Below the pieces are notes generated by a model. The model did not search any database. It saw only the letters and a list, made by a program, of their open reading frames with translations, and had not been told where the DNA came from. A stretch of DNA of 64,000 nucleotides from Candidatus Altimarinota bacterium (lineage in GTDB: Bacteria; Patescibacteriota; Gracilibacteria; UBA4473), in contig OZ246423.1 in the NCBI GenBank assembly GCA_965231215.1, positions 224,001-288,000 of the forward strand. Direction: 5' to 3'. Both the position numbers and the translations under genes were made by a program. The first letter of the stretch is position 1. Each line of letters starts with the position of its first letter. Shown in pieces: positions 60,091 through 64,000 of this stretch.

Positions 60091-60681
60091 ATGAAAAAAA
60101 TTTTCATGGCCATCGGAATATTATGTATGACCAATATAAGTGTCAGCTTCGCTGCCGACCTGATAGTTGAAAAAAGACTCATTACCCCTAAAACCCTTCC
60201 TAAAAATGCTATTAGAGTGCCTTTCTTAGAAGTGAAACTCTGGGCTCAAGGCGGAGCGGTAAATGTAAAGAGTTTCACGATCCAAAGAACGGGTCTCTCT
60301 ACCAATGAAGATTTTGGAAGAGTTTGGGCTGAAGCCGACAACTTTTTACGTTCTCGAAGCCGCAATATTAACAACGACGATTTAGTTGAAACCTCCTTTT
60401 ATCGTCCGCTCCATATTCCCAATGGTAGTAGCGCGACCGTTACTATTTATGCCAATCTAGAATTTGATTCTGGAGGTGGGAGAACCGCGGCCTTTAATCT
60501 GGTCGGCCTTGAAACCGACGCTGACAATACTCAGTTTGAAGATACGCGATCCATGAGCCAAATACTCGCCAAAAAACCGATAGCCGTTACCCAATCGCAA
60601 AACACCAACTCTAGATACGATCGAACTCGCTTCCGAATCAAATGTACTTATGGACGGTGTAAACTGGTACCACGAAATTAA
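60091..60681 (+). CDS. Hypothetical secreted protein
   Basis: Signal peptide MKKIFMAIG...SFA; beta-rich body. Confidence 0.7.
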   Translation: MKKIFMAIGILCMTNISVSFAADLIVEKRLITPKTLPKNAIRVPFLEVKLWAQGGAVNVKSFTIQRTGLSTNEDFGRVWAEADNFLRSRSRNINNDDLVETSFYRPLHIPNGSSATVTIYANLEFDSGGGRTAAFNLVGLETDADNTQFEDTRSMSQILAKKPIAVTQSQNTNSRYDRTRFRIKCTYGRCKLVPRN

Positions 60682-60817
60682 ATTTTAAAATTCCTTTTCA
60701 ACCTCCCGTTTGAAATTAAAACTTCATGAACAAACTTAAGGTCTCGTGGTTTCCTTAAGTGAGTGAATACCTATTTTGAAAGGAGAAGCCTAGGGGAAAA
60801 TCTTTTCCCCTAGGAGC

Positions 60818-62089
60818 TTATCCTCGATATTCGAGGAAGTTTTCTCCTATACGCAATTTATCCCCTGGAACCGCTCCTTGCTTTTGAAGTTCAGCAACCA
60901 CGCCCCATTTTTTGAGCACATCATAGATACGTTCTTGCGCTTCAATATTTTCCCAATCAGTCTGCCGAGCGATTTGAGATAATCGAGTGTTTACTAAATC
61001 CCACCAAAATTCACTCTTTTCAATATTCACCTTACGTCCGACATCCGCTTCCCCTGGTCTAAACTCTACCCTATCTGGGGCCTCTTTTTCTATTTCTGGA
61101 GGTAATACCTCTGGAATTTCATGAATCAAAAATTTCAAAAGTGTATCTATCCCCTCATGAGTGGCAGCCGAAACCCCAAAAGGTTTCATCCCAAATTTTT
61201 CTTCAAATTCTTCCCCCAAAAATTGTTCAAATTCCGCATCACTCACATCAATCTTGGTAAAAACCGGTACAAAAGGCTTTTCAGCCAACCTCGGTGAAAA
61301 AGTTTCGAGCTCCTTACGGATCACTTCAAAATCTTTAAGAGGGGTATCTGAATTGACATCAATCAACTGCAACACGTACCGAGCTCTCTCAATATGTTTG
61401 AGAAACTGATGCCCCAGTCCTTTTCCTTCATGGGCTCCTTCAATCAGTCCTGGAACATCTACAAAAACCAAATCTCTATCATCTATCTTGGCGACTCCTA
61501 AGTTGGGAACCAGCGTTGTAAAATGGTACTCCGCCACCTTTGGTTTGGCATTAGAGACTACCGATATAAACGTGGATTTTCCCACGCTGGGGTATCCTAC
61601 CAAGGCCACATCAGCTACTAATTTAAGTTCCAAATCTAGATCAAAAGACTCTCCTAAATCTCCTTTTTCGGCAAAGTTAGGCGCTTGGCGAATAGAGTTT
61701 ACAAACCCTGCATTTCCCTTGCCTCCAATACCTCCATGAGCTATTAACACTTGTTGATTTTCTCGAGTCAGATCAGCTAAAACCTGACCCGTGTGTTGAT
61801 CACGAATAATAGTACCTACCGGTACTTTGATAATGAGATCTTCACCATTTCGTCCCGTCCGGTTACACTTATCGCCTGGTTGTCCATTTTCTGCCTGAAA
61901 CTCTTTTTTATACCGAAAATCAGACAAAGTATGTAGATTATTTACTGCCACAAATAAGAGATCGCCCCCTTGTCCTCCGTTTCCTCCATCTGGTCCTCCT
62001 TTAGGTACATATTTTTCCCGGCGGAAATGGGCACACCCATCACCTCCTTTACCAGCGGAAACTGAAATTTTAGCTTCATCTACAAACAT
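60818..62089 (-). CDS. obgE: GTPase Obg
   Basis: FVDE, FRREKYVPKGGPDGGNGG, GYPSVGKST, FTTLVPNLG, DVPGLIEGA. Confidence 0.97.
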   Translation of the reverse strand: MFVDEAKISVSAGKGGDGCAHFRREKYVPKGGPDGGNGGQGGDLLFVAVNNLHTLSDFRYKKEFQAENGQPGDKCNRTGRNGEDLIIKVPVGTIIRDQHTGQVLADLTRENQQVLIAHGGIGGKGNAGFVNSIRQAPNFAEKGDLGESFDLDLELKLVADVALVGYPSVGKSTFISVVSNAKPKVAEYHFTTLVPNLGVAKIDDRDLVFVDVPGLIEGAHEGKGLGHQFLKHIERARYVLQLIDVNSDTPLKDFEVIRKELETFSPRLAEKPFVPVFTKIDVSDAEFEQFLGEEFEEKFGMKPFGVSAATHEGIDTLLKFLIHEIPEVLPPEIEKEAPDRVEFRPGEADVGRKVNIEKSEFWWDLVNTRLSQIARQTDWENIEAQERIYDVLKKWGVVAELQKQGAVPGDKLRIGENFLEYRG

Positions 62090-62122
62090 CAGACCGAATG
62101 TAGGGAAATTCTGATTTAGCGC

Positions 62123-62148
62123 AAAAAAAAACGGCCGAAGCCGTTTTT
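62123..62148 (-). terminator. Intrinsic terminator after rplT
   Basis: AAAAACGGC-cgaa-GCCGTTTTT with a long T tract on the minus strand. Confidence 0.85.
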
Positions 62149-62172
62149 AGTTAACTCTTAGTATTTAAGTTC

Positions 62173-62526
62173 TTATTTTGCTTTCTTAGCAATATCAGCA
62201 ATCTTATCAAATACCTTTGGATAGTGAATAGCCATTTCAGAAAGGTTTTTTCGGTCTACTTCCATCTGGGCATGAAGCCAAGCATTTTTAGCTCGAGAAT
62301 AGGTAAGCCCTCTTTCTTTAAGCGCGGCAGAAATACGACCAATCCATAAGGCCCGCATGTCTCGTTTTTTTTGCTTTCGTCCTTTGTAAGCATTTTGACC
62401 CGCTTTCATAACCGCTTGCATAGCCAAGCGAAAAACTGAGTTTCTTTTACCTCGATATCCTTTAGCGGCTTTCACCACTTTTTTATGTCTCGCTCTGGCT
62501 GCCGGTCCTCCTTTTACCCGTACCAT
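62173..62526 (-). CDS. rplT: 50S ribosomal protein L20
   Basis: [35 protein letters not shown]. Confidence 0.97.
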   Translation of the reverse strand: MVRVKGGPAARARHKKVVKAAKGYRGKRNSVFRLAMQAVMKAGQNAYKGRKQKKRDMRALWIGRISAALKERGLTYSRAKNAWLHAQMEVDRKNLSEMAIHYPKVFDKIADIAKKAK

Positions 62527-62723
62527 TATTTACTGATTTTAAGTAGTCTAGAAAGCATTTTCATGTGCCCTTTCGGAGCCACAACTCCGTTTCTGTCGCC
62601 TTTGAGAGCTCGTTTGTTTTTAGAGCTAAGAAGATGGTTTTTACAAGACTTTTGAAAAACTACCTTCCCTGAACCCGTTACACGAGTTCTTTTTTTGGTT
62701 CCAGAATGGGTTTTTTGCTTCAT
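62526..62723 (-). CDS. rpmI: 50S ribosomal protein L35
   Basis: [17 protein letters not shown]...HLL; lies between infC and rplT. Confidence 0.95.
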   Translation of the reverse strand: MKQKTHSGTKKRTRVTGSGKVVFQKSCKNHLLSSKNKRALKGDRNGVVAPKGHMKMLSRLLKISK

Positions 62724-62815
62724 AGTAATTTGTATAGCCGCCGGAATTTAGAGAAATTGGAAAACTTGTCAAACAAATATTTGTCCAATAACAAAGAAGC
62801 CAAAAAGGTTTACAT

Positions 62816-62937
62816 AAGTTTTCAGGAAATGTTTTTGAACGAGGCGGCAAAGAAAAATTTTAATAAGTCGTAGTGCTCTCCTACGACGCATGAATTTTTC
62901 TGCAGCAAACAAAGTTCAAAGCATTTACCGGGAACTT
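62816..62937. repeat. Palindromic element between infC and rpmI
   Basis: AAGTTTTCAGGAAATG..TTGAAC / GTTCAA..CATTTACCGGGAACTT outer arms, GAAAAATT/AATTTTTC, apical GTCGTAG/CTACGAC. Confidence 0.7.
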
Positions 62938-63506
62938 TATCCTTTCTTTTGGGGCTTTAGAACCGCAATAATCTGAAACCCTCCCAATTTCGGCTCTTGT
63001 TCAACAATTCCAAATTCAGAGAGAGAGGCCAAGAAAGCTTTCATTTTTTCAATCGCGAGGTCTTTGTGGGCTTTTTCTCGTCCACGCATTACCATTTGAA
63101 CTCTCACAGGATGGCCTGTAGTCAAAAACTCTTCTGCACGGACTCTTTGCCGTTCTAAGTCTCCTACCCCAATCCTAAAACTCAGACGAATTCCCTTCAT
63201 CTCGTAACCCTTTGAAGCTTTTTTCTGAGCCTGATCTTTCTTTTTTTGTTCGTACAAAAACTTACCAAAGTCGATAATTTTACACACAGGGGGGTCGGCT
63301 TTGGGTGAGATTTCCACTAAATCTAGTTCGAGTTCTTTCGCTTTTCCAAGCGCTTCTGCCGTACTCATAACGCCAAGCATCTCACCGCTATCGGTAACTA
63401 CTCGCACCTTGGGAGCTCTGATACGTTCATTGGTTCTTTCTTTTGGCTGGAACTTCGGTCCCCGCTTTCCTTTATTTCTCCGACCGCCACGAAATGAGAT
63501 TGCTAT
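62937..63506 (-). CDS. infC: Translation initiation factor IF-3 (probable ATA start)
   Basis: NERIRAPKVRVV, LDLVEI, PPVCKIIDFGK, MRGRE. The frame stays open to TGA at 63533-63531 with no ATG/GTG/TTG upstream of the conserved N-terminus. Confidence 0.93.
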   Translation of the reverse strand: MAISFRGGRRNKGKRGPKFQPKERTNERIRAPKVRVVTDSGEMLGVMSTAEALGKAKELELDLVEISPKADPPVCKIIDFGKFLYEQKKKDQAQKKASKGYEMKGIRLSFRIGVGDLERQRVRAEEFLTTGHPVRVQMVMRGREKAHKDLAIEKMKAFLASLSEFGIVEQEPKLGGFQIIAVLKPQKKG

Positions 63507-63618
63507 GGTAAAGTAATAATTTAAAAATCCTCAGGATTGTATTTCCTAACGGCCTTTTGTCAAATTCACCAAGCACAATACTAGACACTCTGCTCTCGTG
63601 TCTATAAACTTAAAGGCG

Positions 63619-64000
63619 ATGCTAAAAACACCTATTTTCATTACCAATTTTAAAAATTATGAGCAAGCCACAGGCAATAACGCTGTAAAACTAGCGCTTA
63701 TTCACCAAAAAGTGGCGGAAGATACTGGGGTCTCTCTTGGGGTAGCGGTCTCTAGTTTTGATCTACATAGAGTCAGTCAAGCCGTTTCTATCCCCGTTTT
63801 TGCTCAACACCTGGATCCTATAGATTACGGGAGTTTCACTGGACATAACTTGGCTCAAAATGCCAAAAATTCTGGAGCTATTGGAACCCTGATTAATCAC
63901 TCAGAACGACGTGTTGAAACCGACATTATGACCAACATTTTGGCTTGTGCTCAAAAATCGAGTCTCATGCGAATAGTCTGTGCCGAAGATCCAGAAGAGA
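63619..64000 (+). CDS. tpiA: Triosephosphate isomerase, archaeal-type (partial)
   Basis: Not in the ORF track. MLKTPIFITNFKNY...PVFAQHLD...GSFTGH...GTLINHSERR. Confidence 0.9.
   Translation, partial: MLKTPIFITNFKNYEQATGNNAVKLALIHQKVAEDTGVSLGVAVSSFDLHRVSQAVSIPVFAQHLDPIDYGSFTGHNLAQNAKNSGAIGTLINHSERRVETDIMTNILACAQKSSLMRIVCAEDPEE

Noticed and set aside
1-64000. Genetic code 25 (TGA=Gly) as in Gracilibacteria/Absconditabacteria
   Set aside because: Long conserved genes (rpoB, pflB, dnaB) are uninterrupted under code 11, and TGA ends tsaE at the expected length.

Overview
A chromosomal window from an AT-rich bacterium using standard genetic code 11. The gene content suggests a Patescibacteria/CPR lineage (inference from TrbC/VirB2-like and type IV pilins, a degenerate DHH protein, many orphan membrane proteins, scarce Shine-Dalgarno sites and a giant SLH-anchored adhesin). 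It holds housekeeping genes (dut, tilS, trmD, dnaB, miaA, tsaE, holA, pyk, cca, serS, rsmG, rpoB, mraY, obgE, rplT-rpmI-infC, tpiA), aroA, ilvB-ilvN, pflB-pflA and five tRNAs. No CRISPR array, transposase, integrase or phage genes are visible. The most notable unannotated signals are: (1) small structured palindromic elements, including two 169-bp gap-free copies with many compensatory substitutions, a tandem pair bounded by 37-bp duplications of the trmD 3' end, and a copy in frame inside ilvB; (2) an integrase-less island at tRNA-Ser carrying a CIRCE-preceded operon with a signal-peptide Hsp20 and a GldAFG-like ABC system; (3) an AroA-Nudix fusion whose Nudix domain resembles mitoribosomal mL46; (4) a Leu/Val leader-peptide attenuator before ilvB; (5) a Cys-rich DtxR-fold regulator beside pfl; (6) rpoB without adjacent rpoC; (7) an archaeal-type triosephosphate isomerase. 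All family calls are by motif recognition; no searches were run.
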